A DNA stretch of 64,000 nt, taken from positions 257,202 through 321,201 of the forward strand of contig NMRA01000398.1 in NCBI GenBank assembly GCA_002633005.1. Direction: 5' to 3'. The stretch is from Phoronis australis (lineage: Eukaryota > Animalia > Phoronida). The notes under the pieces are model-generated. The model was given only the letters and a program-made list of their open reading frames with translations. It was not told the DNA's origin and searched no databases. Each line of letters opens with the position of its first letter. Positions within the stretch are counted from its first letter, which is position 1. This document shows, in pieces, positions 1-13,379 of this stretch. The position numbers and the translations under genes were made by a program.

Positions 1-2560
1 GTTGCTTTCCTTAACAGAGACTGGAAGAGAATTCCAGTTGTTGATGCACATCATGACTGTAGACCTTCTGAATGCCTGACTGAACGACGGAGGAAATGCA
101 TATGGGATGGAGGATCTCAAATCACAACGATGGCCTTGTCTAGTATATAGATCAATTATTTTTTGACAGAAACGTTGTTGAAATTGTTTATTACCTTGAA
201 AGTAAATGTGGTCATGTGAAGAGTGGAGTAGACAGTTTGGGCCACTTGAGACTATTTAAAACCTTAACACTATTGGATCCCCTGTAAGCTCCGGTTATGA
301 GTAAGGCAGCTTGATATTGTAATTTTTCCAAATGTTGGAGTGCACCCGTATTGGCAGACTGATATATAATATCATAATAATCAATGTGTGGAAGTATAAA
401 GGATTTGAACAAAACTTCTAAATGTGTATAATTCAGATGAGGAGAGACAAGCTTAAGTGGGTTAATTAGTTCCTGAGTTTTTTGTAAGAGCTCCCAAACG
501 TGATGGGTCAATGAGAGTTTTTCATCTAACAGTATACCCAGATGTCTGTGCGACTGTTTTCTAGGAATGATTTCATCATTAAGTTGAAGGTCATAAGACG
601 GGTCAACAAGGAAGAGAGCATTTATAGATTTGGAGAAGGTGAGGTCAACGCTTTTTATGGTTTAAAATTCATTCTCCATTCTTGTGACCAATAGCTGAGT
701 TTATTTAAGTCGTGGTGAAGCTGCAAGGAACATTCGGGGCTGCTCCCTGCGAAGGGGTAAAAAGCGCCGTGTCATCTGCATAAAGGTATGTGCTACATGG
801 TTATCAGGAAGGTCATTAATATAAACCAAGAAGAGAAGAGGGCCCAATACGCTACCCTGCAGTACACCTGCGATTACAAATCCAGGAGGTGATAACGTTG
901 ACACGAACACTATACGTTCTTTCGGAGAGATATGAGGTGATCATGTTTAAAAGATTACCAGTAATGCCATAGGATCGAAGTTTGTGAAGTAGAAGGTCGT
1001 GAGGGACAAAGTCGAAAGCAGAAGCTATATCTAGAAAAATGGACCTGACACTCTCACAATTCTCAAAATGTAAATGAATCTCATGTACTGTTTCAACAAG
1101 TTGTGCCACGGTGCTGTTCCCCCCACAGGGTATTAAGTAAAGTTATTGGGCGACAATTTGAAATTTCAGTTTTGGAGCCTTTTTGTGTATAGGGACCATA
1201 ATTCCATGTTTCCAAGAAGACGGATATATAGCTAGCTGAAGAAGTTTGTTAAACAGATTGGTCAGGGGCGTGGTAATTTCTTTAGCAATCATTTTGAACA
1301 TCTTGCTGGTTATTAAAGCTGTGCCATCATTCTCATTGGGGTCAGTTTCATTGAGAAACTTCCAGACATCAGTTTGATTAGCCGGGTTGTCATACAGTTG
1401 ATTGAGACAACGTTCACGAAGAAAGGGAAGTTACCTACTTCAGTTGGTGTAATGTGACTTTTGTTCGTGAATAATTTTAGAAACAAATCACACTTGTCAC
1501 TACTACTTGAGGCTAGGTTACCATTATGGTTGATGACATGATAAGAGGATTGTTGTTGCCTGCCTCATATTTTATTGATGATGTTCCAGTATTCTTTGGA
1601 GTTCTTGCTGTTAATTTGTTGAAAAAGCTTGTGGCGGTGATCAGCTTTGGCTTGATTTACTAAATTTTCAACTAGACGAGACTGCTCCTTGTATCTTTTG
1701 TAAATTATAGTGTTGCTAGATCTTCTGAAAGAGCTGTGAAGTCTGTTTCTTGTGCGGATTGCCCGTTTAACACTATTGTTGATCCTCGGTTGGCTGTTGT
1801 GTTTAATTATTTTTTCAGTTGATGGGATGCTGTTTTTTAAAATTTCATAGAGAGTACTAGTGAAGAGTGAAACAGTGTCATCAATGTCGCCAGTGTTCAA
1901 TATGGAATCCCAGTCAGTGTTGGTGATATCCTGACGCAATTTATCGGTGTGGACTTGATCATATTTCCAATTGGTTCGAGTGATGTGTTGTTCTTTAACC
2001 ACTTTTTTAAGTGTTAGATTGGTTTCGATTGTGTGGTGATCAGAATTGCCAACAGGAGGTAGTACAGAACATGAGTCATTGATACTGAAATTGTTTGTTA
2101 TACAGAGATCAATACACGAACGAGAAACGTTGGTGAAACGGGTTTGTTCATTAATTAGCTGTATGCAGTCATTAGACAATAAGATATCAAACAACTGTAG
2201 TCCGGCCGTATGGTCATGATCATCATTGTACCATGCAGAGTTTCGGGCATTGAAATCACCATTTATGATTATACTAACGCTAATGCTAACTGATCGGCTA
2301 GGGCTTTGAAGTAGAGTTATCTTTCAGTTGGAGATTGAGAAGGTGAGCGATAAAACAACCCATAGTAAATTTTCTGTGATTGAAATAAATTTCGATCCAG
2401 CAGTTGCATAACTGAGGACAAGTTAAGATAGGACATAATTTAAATGAGAGTGTGTTTTTAGTGAATAAGATAATGCCACGGCCAATGTTACTGGGATAGG
2501 CTACACTGTAACCAGGAATGATTAGTTCATTGTCAAGGTCGTCTTTGGCAACATTACAAT
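1..2560 (-). mobile_element. Decayed CR1/L2-type LINE ORF2 (APE endonuclease + reverse transcriptase), runs off the window start
   Basis: Fragmented minus-strand ORFs carry APE motifs (DNELIIPGY, GDFNA, SCIDLCITN, SDHH), RT motifs (IFLDIASAFDFVPH, GVLQGSVLGPLLFLVYINDLP) and a C-terminal LFKSFILPHIDY segment. Many stops and frameshifts. Confidence 0.9.
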
Positions 2561-3302
2561 TTTCGGAGTTTCTTTTTCTCTGAGTTGAACCTTTTTGCCC
2601 ACTTTGCCAAATGGGGGGGCTCGTTCGAACACGCATACACTGCAATAGTTCACGCGACGTTTGCAAAGCCTTTTGCTAAAAACTCCGCAGTGTTTGTCTA
2701 CCCTTGCAAACCGGAAACTCCTTCAAGAGAGTTGGAGCTTGAAGATGACGCACAGAAAGAGTTCTTAACTTCTGCATGATGTCAAAGGGTTTTGATGGAA
2801 ATGGGGAATCCCACTTTGAATAGACACGATATGGGGAGAACTTATTGTAAAATCATGGCCAAGGACCTCGCAATTCCTGCTTCTCAACAGCACTCTTTAG
2901 GTTCCCATTGAATGGAGCCTAGGGTCAACGCAACGTAACATAAACTTCAGAGGTTCTGATTTAAATTGGTTCGAATCAATTAATGAGAAGGTTGAAATGG
3001 GTTCAAATTAATTTGCTTGGCTACAATAGATTATTGTTTCATTAATTCGCTGGCAGTCTGTAACACAGAGAAATTTCGTGTTTCACCTCTGCTCGTTCAG
3101 ACCTATAATTCATTGCGACCACATTTCTCGTCTCGTTTCCATTAATTTGGCCACCGGTGACAAAAACCTCCGATAAATTCGTCGGCGTACAATGAGACAC
3201 AATTTGCGTTCCAGTTTAAAGTTATCGCCTAATGCCCGAACTAGCTTTATGTACTGTGAATCGTTCGGGAAGACTTAAACTTGACTTAATTCCACTTTCC
3301 AG

Positions 3303-4651
3303 GTGGTACTGCTTCTCTGCAGTCTCACAACAGCAGCAGTCAATGTGGTTTTGTCAATCAAAAGCTACTACAGTTACCCATACCACCAAACGATGTCGAA
3401 GATACATGTATACACAGCTGACAAGCCCTTCCCCAGCGTCTCGGTGTGCAACAAGGCGGCCGCCACATCGACTCAACTTGAAACTGTACTCGTGGATCTC
3501 ATATCTGACTTAAAGAAATGCCTACTAGATGACATTAGAAAGTATTCTGAAAAAACAATAAATATGGGGGCTTCCCAATTTTTTACGACAACGTTGACAG
3601 AATAGGTGACTACTCGTGGGAAAATGGAGGATATTTTAATTGATTGCAAGTATGACAATAAAAAGTGCAACGAAAGCAAAATAACGGATTTTTTAAATCC
3701 CTATTACGGACGATGCTTTGCCTTCAGCATGGACGACAGTCGTGTGAAGAAAACTGGGGATCAGAATGGACAATCCCTAATCCTATACTCTTACAGTTCA
3801 AGTTTGGAACAGCAGAAATACAAGGTGGTTAAGTATTGCACTTTGACAGATCTTAACTCTCACGGGCTCAGAGTAATCGTTCATAATGAAGGAGAGTTTG
3901 TAAATCCGTCCGTGAATTCCCTTAAAATAGCGCCTGGATTCTCCATTACGCTTCATCCCGTCAAAACACGGCGACTTGGTCCCCCTTTCCAGTCTAATTG
4001 TACCGAGAAGAAATATTCGAAACAAAATTGTCTACGCGCTTGCGAACAGACTTACATGTACGTGGTCAAGAGATGTCATTGCAAAGATTCAGATCTGCCG
4101 ATACACCACCACCCCCTTGTGCCGTTTTGTGGTAACATTACGGCTATTGACAATTGCACCTACGAAAAGTGGTCAAGCCAAATAGATTGTATGTTGAAAG
4201 CAAAGAACGAGTTCCAAGCAAGTCAGCATAAGTTCTGTGACTGTCAGGAAGCTTGCGAAGAGTACAGTTTTAAGTTAAGCCAGTCGGCCTCTGTTTGGCC
4301 TAATAACGATGTAGCATCGTCATTTTATAGGCCGGGTGTCAAAAAATAAGACTTCGTTCGTTGCCTTTTAAGGAGATGTCCAAATACAGTATTGATTTCA
4401 TGTTGAGCAAAAAATTAATTAATCGCCACTTTGCGCAAGTGAATGTATACTTCAATAATGACGAAGTCGAAGTGATTAGCGAGACAGCCAAGTATCCCAA
4501 TTGGACGTGGAGCTTGTTGTCAGAAATCGGAGGTCATTTGGGCTTTTGGTGCGGCGTTTCCATTCTGAAATTGACCGATGCTCTATTTTTCGGGTTAAAT
4601 GTAATACTCAATAGGCGAAAATCACGCGAAGTCACTAGTCCGTTAATCTAG
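3303..4651 (+). pseudogene. DEG/ENaC channel copy 1, exon 2 (disrupted); exon 1 not in window
   Basis: Acceptor ttccactttccag|GTG at 3302/3303. Motifs FPSVSVCN, YGRCF, GLRVIVH, CDCQEAC, LLSEIGGHLGFWCGVS. Frameshifts near 3556, 3620 and 4345, TAG at 3603-3605, and two CATGTA insertions relative to copies 2/3. Confidence 0.88.
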
Positions 4652-5160
4652 GACAAGCTCAAATTGCTGAAAAATGACGAAACCAATCATGGTCACTAAA
4701 TATTGTTTGTTCGTGCCATTTAGCTTCGCAGAGAGTCATGAACAGCGAAGTTTATATATACTTTGGAAATTGAGAATACTGTAAGTTAGCATACATGTAG
4801 CATACCAATGCTGCAAGATATATAGTTCGCCGGACCATCAAGTTACCTTGGCTCACTTAGATGCGAACACGAGGCCTGTTGTACATTTAGTGATCGGATA
4901 TCAAACCAATATATGTAATGAAATACATATACATTACTTAACATGCATCCAGTCTTTTAAGCTGTTTATTTCATCTTAAGAATAATACAAGAGGCGACAC
5001 TGTTACTTCCGTAAATCAAACACATTGTACGAAGGATGGCAAAGATATATAAGTGCAGTGAATGTAAAGAGGATCGTTACAGATATAAAAATTGCAACGG
5101 ACAATTTTTCCGGTGTAGCAATATAACAGATATAATATTGAACGATCTAATTACAAGTAC

Positions 5161-5265
5161 ACATAACAACAAACAAACATACAAACACAATCACACACGA
5201 CACACACACACACAAAGACACACACACACTTCCACTCAAACGCACAAATACAAGCATGCGCACAG
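5161..5265. repeat. Degenerate (CA)n / CA-rich microsatellite
   Basis: acaaacacaatcacacacgacacacacacacaaagacacacacacac run. Confidence 0.75.
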
Positions 5266-6008
5266 AGAGATGTTACACCAAAGAAACTGTTAAGTAATTA
5301 AAATTTAAGTTACTTTGCTATTCCTTATTCATTCTGTGGTTGTATTTTAACCGACATAATAGTGCAAATAGAATTATTCTACTGCATTCAATGTTATCCT
5401 ACTATTTAGTTTTATCGCGGTCACTATTATGTTTTTCAGACCGGCTTACACGAGGTAATGGAACAGCAACGGACTGACTGATTGTAAATAAATGTGCTAC
5501 ATTCTGATATCAGTTTGACATCACTATCGATAGTGATACATATTTAAGACTTCTCATATACAATAATAAGTTTGTATTATAAACCGATTACTGATATCGA
5601 TGACATCGACTGCTACCTTGGCTTCAGTTCAACAATTTCTACAGGGGAGACAATTGACCTTGTGACACTACGTGTTGTTCATAGTTTGACATTGATTTGG
5701 TTCCGCTATGTGTCAAAGACAAAGATGAGTTTTTGTCCCCACATCTAACACTGCTGCGGAAATGATAACCCTTTAGAGGACACGGGCCAATTTTCAACAT
5801 CCTGTTTCTCGTTGTGTAAACAGCAGTAACACAACGAAGCAATAGTCTTAGTGCTTCAAAGAGGCGTCGTTTCTATTTCTAGATAGTAGATTGTGATTCT
5901 TTCATAGTTACATACCTTAACCTTTTCCAGCAATTCTGAAGTGTGAGGGCCAAATTTCTGACATCAATCACATCAAGAACTCATGAAGTTAACAAGTTCT
6001 TCATTTAA

Positions 6009-9000
6009 GAGCAATTCCATATAAAAACCAGATGGTGGGCTATATATGCAAATCACCAATTTTGTTGAAACTTAGCATATCAGCTGGCCTTGTTAAAAGA
6101 AACCTGAGCCTGAATTTTTAAGAGTTTCCGAGTTTTTTTTAACCCTTTTTACGACCACTTTGTACTTTTTCCGAAAAATAGCAAATAATAGTACTTGGAA
6201 GTAGGTGACTTTTTGTCAGCAACAACACATCATCGCTTCACGCTATAGAAAAAATAACTATATAGCAGAAAGAAGAAAGAATAACGTACAAGAAAAAGTA
6301 GTTCGGATGGATTTTTTGATTTTTATGTCCTCCCATTTTAGCCTACAAAATGTCATTTTCACTGCTTATTATTAAGGCCATTTTTACGCATTTTTATCAC
6401 TCTCCCAAATCTATATCGGATTTTTTGGAACATGAGTTAACTTCCATCTGTTACTGCTGTCTTTGTTCATCCCAACGCAAGAATAAAAAATATTGTCTCT
6501 TTCATAGTTTTTGTGATGTCAGTTTTTTACATAACTCACACACTTTTCTGCCAATCTGTGACTGTCAGTTTGATTAAAAGACTCTAGGAGGCGCTACTCG
6601 ATTGTGCAATTATCTATCTACCAAAATGCCAAATAGAACAAATATCATTCGTTTTGCTACATTAGTGACGAAGGAGATCATGGGAAGCTGTATGAGAGAT
6701 TTTTTCTTCGCGGATTTTCAGTTTTGCTGGTGCAAAAAAAAAAATTTGTTATAGGATTACAGAAATCAAAAAAGTCAATTTTGATGTACTTATGAGTTAA
6801 TAATACAATCTCATCACCATCTCATACTTCAGAAAAGCAGGTTTTATTCTTATTAAGGGTGCCCATTACCCATTGCTTGGCCAGTTTTCAAACACCGTAA
6901 CTGACTAAGAATCCCACGCACTGCCTGCAGTGCATGCTGGTTCATTTCAGACCTCCTGGACAAATCCCTGTATATGCGCATGAAAAAGTCCTCTAAAACC
7001 ATTAGCAAAGTTCATACAAAAACTAATCAAGATCTTCGAGATCACACGTGAAAAGAGGACGGTGGATACGAGCAGAAGTGTCGTGTTATTGGACATACAA
7101 AGTGTCACGCAATGCTTCTTGTACTACACAAAAGCGACCGAGCATGGTGGCAGTGCGCCAGTGGAATTTGCAATTTCAGAAAAATAACAGGTACGGATAT
7201 TTACGATTGAAAACATAATACTTTCAGTGATATCCAAGAAACCGGCTTTCCAAACCAGTATTTAAGCAATTGGATGTTGTTGCGACTTACCAGCTAAAAG
7301 TTTCACAAAAGGTAAATTCCGTTCATGCGGCGGACTCAAAACCACAGTTTCTTGTAGGTATGCTAGGTTTAGTGTATGATGCATTTCTACACAACACTTC
7401 AAAAAACTGTATTTTGTTTGAAGAAAACAAGAGCCACTGAAACACAAAGTTTTTTTATTTTGCTCAGTACACATGTCTAAGGTAGACGTTTCTCAAAACT
7501 AGATAATCACTCCTTTAAAAATCTCAGTACTTTCAAGAGAATCAATCATGTAAAAAGTATGCTTTACGAGTCTCAAAGTGAACATCAAACAAAAAACGCT
7601 AGTAAAAAGTGACAGAAGATTTCAATGTTGACCATCAGTGGCTTAGATTATTTTCCCCAAACGGCCAGCACTCAAACCTCTCCCCCATGGAAGCCCCTAA
7701 TTCGCGTCATATTCCATTTTTTCCAATTTCACCCAGTGTGGACCCCAGTCCCCTAGCTACGATAATGATGACCACAACAATATCGTAAGAATAGACAACA
7801 ACTAAAACATGTTCATGATTTCCCACAGTTTATGATGATAACTCATTCATGACTTCAAGCTCCAACTCATTCATTGAGGCAAACTCGTGGGCAGCAGCAG
7901 CATCAGCATCTTCAATATTCTGAATATTTCCGAATCGAGACGCGGCAACCATACGGGAAAAATACAGCAATCTGCTACTCCGACAGCCACTCTTCAGAGG
8001 AGAAAACTTTTCTTTGCTTATTCCTGGCTCCTCGCATCATCTTTTCACAACCTCAGCTGGCTGTTGTTTTCTGCCTGAGTGTTCACCTTCAGAAAATATA
8101 TCACTGAGTTAAGTCTTTACCTTCCCAGAGAAGCGGACCGCTTTTCTAGTACTTTTCAGGGCCCTATCCTGTGGCGATTTCATCAACAACGTAAACGGCG
8201 GACAACTCAGGTGATGATACAGCTGTGGTAGTGGATAAAATCTCAGATTGTCTTGAAATGTGGTCGAACTGAGTCTCGTTCTGGAGGGATGATGAATGAG
8301 CACCAACATCTAAGTGCTCACTTAGCTCAGCATCTGTAGGAAAAGATTTCGAGCACCCATAGTGTGTGCATGTGAACTTCGTATGACGTTCACGGGATAC
8401 CTGCCCCGACTCAACACTTGGAGTTGTAAAACACTCGAGTGTGGCAAGGTCAAGACTTTTCAGAGGCAACAGTTTACGTGACTTGTTGATGACAAGTTTT
8501 CCCTCCCCTAATCTATGGGCCTTCCACGCTCGAATGCCATCTGCGGAATACTCAAAGTTTGTCAGCAAACGTATCCCTGGGATACTGTGCTTGGGAAGGA
8601 CCTTTGGGGCATTCACACTACAGGACGACACCTAACAGCCTTTGACATCTCCTCTAGACTCTAGCGCATGTTTCAGGTCGACTGCATTTTGAACGTTATT
8701 GCCTTCATTGACGAAGTACTTGGCATGGGCCTTCAAGGTTGCGATTTTCCTGTCACAGATGTCTTTTCCCTTCTTACTTTCACTGAAGTCGTAGCGCAGA
8801 ATGGAGATGCCGGTGTTACCAGATATGTAGAACAAATGAATCAGAAGGGCGGCTGAATGGTAACAATTGGCATTGTCGGAGCGTAGGAAAGCTTCCGTTA
8901 TTTGTGGATCCCTAGCTTTCACCTGCCTTAGCACATCTAGCGTTAAACAGCAAACAGTGAAAAAGTCTTGCTTGCAGGCATCTAGAGTATGGATGTAAGT

Positions 9001-10740
9001 ATGTACCTGAAATACAATAATTATGTAACTCAAATAGGTCAGCTAGTTTAAAGAACTACCTTATTATATCTTATTACCACCTAAACCGCAATCACGCCAC
9101 TCAACTTCAAACATGGTTCGTCTCAACACGGTTATTATATCAGTAGCTCCTTCAAAACATTTCTAGGGAGGGGGGAAATTTCCCCTTCACAAAGATATGA
9201 AAATCATCCATAAGTACAAAATGGCTTCAGTTAAAATGAAGGCTTGTGTGCAAAATCTACTAAGAGAAAAATAATGCATCACTGTCAAGCTTTTGTTGGG
9301 AAATGGCAAGAAAAAGACTAGATATTAAGTGCACACTCCCTGTATCTTGTACTGTTACAGTAAATCAATATACTAAAAAGAGGTAAAGGCAACAACATTG
9401 TTCATCACTGGCTTTCTGTTTAATATTGAGCACATCTGAGAATTACTTTGTAACACCTTGAATACTAATTGAGGATTTATTTTTACCTGATGGCTTTCAC
9501 CTTTCTTTGTGATACAAGCCGCCACGTGCCATGACATCCTTTTTACCAAACCAGTCGGACTGTGCTTCACGGAAACTGATGGGTATGAACTTCATTGCAA
9601 AATCCATTACAACCAAAACTTGGTGTGGGGTGAGAGATGACATCAGATCCTGCTTTGCTTGTTCCTGGTTTATCCCTCTGACAATATTCTGTGTGTTCGT
9701 GATAACAGCACGTCAGTTTTTGTCTAAAACCAAGTCCAAACTCATGTCGATGTGTAAAATATATAACGACGCATTTCCATTGGTTTGCCAGTCCAACCTC
9801 CTATCTCCAGCTCTGGCAAGAATCAGCTGTAATTCCGATGTAGTTTCAAACTTCTGTGGCACTTTGCACGACCTCAGATGACTTCTGACGTCTTTAACAC
9901 ACCTAATGAAGGCCACATTTCCTCCGCGATCACACGTATGTAACGAAAATTGACCAAATGTACAAGAAGGAAATTCCTCCATATTCTTTGCAGTGACAGG
10001 AAGTGCATGTAATCTCGAACCCTAAAGTGCTATTGGTAAAGTTAAACGAAGAATGGAGTGTTTTAGAAAATTGGGGTCTCAAAAGTGAAATTTAACATTT
10101 TGTGATATTCCATTGTTGATATTAGATCATATACCTTAGGTGATATCTCTAAACTAAAAGAGTAGCCTCAACTCTCTTGTCAGTCAGAGTAAGGCCACAT
10201 CACAAAAATACCCAAATTCGCGGGCCACGTTTAAAACTAAATATATACGAGACAAGTTTTTTTAAAAGCAATTATCAACGTTCAGTCTTAGAAGTGTCTA
10301 CAAAGAGAATTTCAACTTCAAATATATTCCGATATAACAGGCAGTTTAAGCAACATCTTGCTACTTGTGACTGGCCTGAAAAGTGGTCTTGGAGTTTTCT
10401 CCCCTGCTGGAAATTTAATTGTACCTATGAGTTGCAAATTTCATTTTCTTACTAACCTTACATGAGTCTTTATGACCATCAATGTCAAACTTTGTCACCA
10501 GTTTTCCAAGTCTGTTTTTTGCCGTTCAAAAAATGCCGTTTTACTGACATGAAAAAATGCAAAATATGACTTTATAGCCAAATAGGTCATATCTCGGTAA
10601 CCAAAGGTCATTGAGTGCAAATATTGCAGCAGTGTACTTTGGGCCAGCGTCCCAACACATGCACAAAGTATTAGTTCTGTATGAATTTTTGAGTGTATAG
10701 TGATTTTTCATTTTCATATGGTTTTTATATGGAATCATTC
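6009..10740 (-). mobile_element. Sola3-type DNA transposon, internally deleted and decayed
   Basis: TTAA at 6005-6008 and 10741-10744. Imperfect TIRs GAGCAATTCCATATAAAAACCAGATG and CATATGGTTTTTATATGGAATCATTC. An internal transposase is present. TTAA targeting with GAG termini is the recalled Sola3 signature. Confidence 0.8.
7830..9982 (-). pseudogene. Sola3-like DDD transposase, spliced, with stops and frameshifts
   Basis: Motifs VMDFAMKFIP..REAQSDWFGKK (~9540-9620), FLRSDNANCYHS, GKDICDRKIA, a C2H2-like CTHYGC..HLDVGAH, and N-terminal SELQLILARAG. Phase-0 GT-AG intron at 9486-9007 joins ESHQ|VHTY. Stop TAA at 7832-7830. Confidence 0.78.
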
Positions 10741-12861
10741 TTAATATTGACCAATTATTAACGAAGCAATAACCAGTCCACGCACATTCTAAATTTTACT
10801 CGTCCAACGCAAATAAAAATTAAACATCAAACAGGAAATGAAAAGAAATTTCCAACGCCCTAGGAATATCATGTCGAGGACTTCACTCGCAACATTTCCA
10901 TCAAACGCATATAACTGATTACTCAAGTCATCATAAAATTACTCACCGCAATCATCAATCCATGTTTTGACACTGCTTTAAAATTGCCAAAGTTGTGTCT
11001 ACATACAAACACATTACTTGGATGAACACAATATTAACAACTACAGACCCATCTCTTCACATGCACTTTCTTACATCTAAAATTATTGTAAAAATTGCTT
11101 AATATGATATCCTTTATGACTACATTACTACTGCTATACAGGTACATCCAACTAATATTATTGGGTAATAAATGCATTACACCTCCTTTCTCTTCCCACC
11201 CGCCCCCTCTTTCCACCAGCCCCTCTCTCTTCACTCGCCCCCTCTCTCCCTGTTTCTTAGCATGTATCAATCTATGCCAATTACGATACTCTGATGACAC
11301 ACGGGTCGTTTCATTAAAGTCACCCTGGACTTAAGACTTTACATGTACGTGCACATCACAATCCAGGAATAACTGATAGAAACTATCTAAATAGCAAGTT
11401 TCTTACAGGCTACTCTCGGTCAGGCTGTTGAGACAATTGTCACAATCGACTTGTATTTTCATTCAACAAAAACATGTTCCGAGTGCAATAATATGTGAGT
11501 TGCAAAATTTGAGGGTCCAGAGGCCGCCCGTGATGGAACAATTGCCACCCTTTTCCTATTAAGGTTGTGAAGACCAGAAGAAAAAGATTCAAACTTGGCT
11601 AACTTCGGAACACCATACGGTCTATTGGACTCATGAAAAATCTTCAGATATTAATAATGCTTGATGCATTGTTTTACAAAAAGTTGTGAGGAATTATTTT
11701 ATAATGTTCGACTTTTGAATGAGGTTGCTATCAGAAAGGATTTTTGTGCAAAAACATGATACTCTGGAAAGCTGCAACATGATTTTTGAGATGTCAATGA
11801 AACTTAAACTAGAAAATATTATCATGAAATTGATATTGTATTTTTTCTCCAAGTTACTTTCTTTTTTCACTTAATATAAATAAATGGACATTGTGACGTG
11901 ACCCAATTAGAAATAGATTGACAAAAAGTCAAATAGCAAATTCTGAAGGCTTTCTTATTTCAAAAATATATTTTTTGAGTTGAAATCTATAGTTTTGGAG
12001 ATATTTGGTAAGTTTGTAGACATATCGAAGTGATCCTAAATAGTAACAGCTTCTGGCATATTGGGGAACCTCTTGAGGGGGGTGGTTGGTGCACCTTTTG
12101 ATATTGAAGAGGGGCCTTATGAGGGCTTCCATGGCCATTCTTATCCTGTTTTATATGCGTTTTTTATCTGGAGATCTACGCTTGGAAGGGGTGGGGGTCC
12201 CACATGATGAGAGTAATGGTTTGTCCCTTCCAGATTCCAAAAAAACTCTCGGTCTTATTTCGCGATAATTCAAGATCTAGTGAGCTTGGAAAAGTTTCTA
12301 AATCCCATTGTGCTCCGGTTCTGGGGTTTAATTTTTTATCACTTTCGAAATTATTGTTGGCATTTTCCATTCCACCGCTGTACCAACTCAAAATAAATGT
12401 GTATTGTTACATGTCACACATACCCGGCTGCGTGATTGATATTAGTTTGAACTTGTTAACCCCAGCCTCAAAAGCTAAACGTTCTAATCTATACGCAAAA
12501 TCTCGACTTTGATTCGAAATTGTAGCTCAAACCTAGGGGTCATCAACTTTGAACGAGGACTGATGTTTACTTGTACCTCTGCAGTCGACGGATAGAGGCC
12601 TGCCGCTGAGCTGAATCAAGCTTGTTTTCCGGTAGTAAAACCGATAATATTCCAGTCATAAACGATCTAATTCACAAGTCCACATGTCCAAAATGCGATC
12701 ATTGTAAGCTCTGTCAACCATTTGGTCGTTCGGCATGGAGGGAGGGGGGTAGGGCAGACGCTCTCCCCCGAGTATACAGACCACAAGTAAACAACACCCC
12801 TTTGACTGTTGTCACCAGTTGTCGTGCGCTCGTGCAAACTTATTGCTGCTCTTAGGCATCC

Positions 12862-12925
12862 GCGTCAGGAACGTCAAAAAGGCTCAACTACAAATACGCA
12901 CCATATTTACAATTCCATTAAGTAA
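12862..12925 (+). promoter_or_regulatory. Conserved upstream block of ENaC copy 2 (homologous to 32840-32945)
   Basis: GAACGTCAAAAA...CTACAAAT...TTTACAATTCCATTAAG matches the sequence upstream of copy 3 exon 1. Confidence 0.45.
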
Positions 12926-13124
12926 TCGCCATGCATTTTACAAGTGGTACATGTTTAAACATATGTAACGATCGTAAAATCACGCAACACACCCACATAA
13001 AACTGAATCTATCAAATAAAAACTACCAAACGATGAAGACTCACGAACAAAGTTTCATCAGGAGGACCAGACAAGAAACACGAGAATAGCAGCATTAGTT
13101 GTACCGAGAAATGGACTTTTCAAC

Positions 13125-13250
13125 ATGAATGACGAAAAGAAAATGAAGAATAAGGTAGACTATTTGTCGGAGTTCTGTGGAACAACTTCCTGCCACGGGG
13201 CGTCTCTAATCTTTGAAGACAAGTATAGCAAAGTGTTAAGGGTTGGAATG
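13125..13250 (+). CDS. DEG/ENaC channel copy 2, coding exon 1
   Basis: MNDEKKMKNKVDYLSEFCGTTSCHGASLIFEDKYSKVLRVGM contains the pre-TM1 HG motif. Donor ATG|gtaagt at 13250/13251 is phase 0 and joins in frame to 16531. Start codon uncertain. Confidence 0.85.
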
Positions 13251-13379
13251 GTAAGTTATTGTAACATGTTTCTGCATAATAAACCTGCATTTAATGTTGG
13301 GTGGTTATCATTGTCAATTAAGTAATGACTAGATGCGAAAAATTGTATGTCACAAATTCTGGAACTTACAGTAACATGA

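Noticed and set aside
2585-2820. Short ORF between the CR1 element and ENaC copy 1 as the missing exon 1
   Set aside because: No HG motif, and no similarity to exon 1 of copies 2 or 3.
5036-5293. 85-aa ORF with CxxC and a His/Thr-rich tail
   Set aside because: The tail is a CA microsatellite translation and there is no other support.
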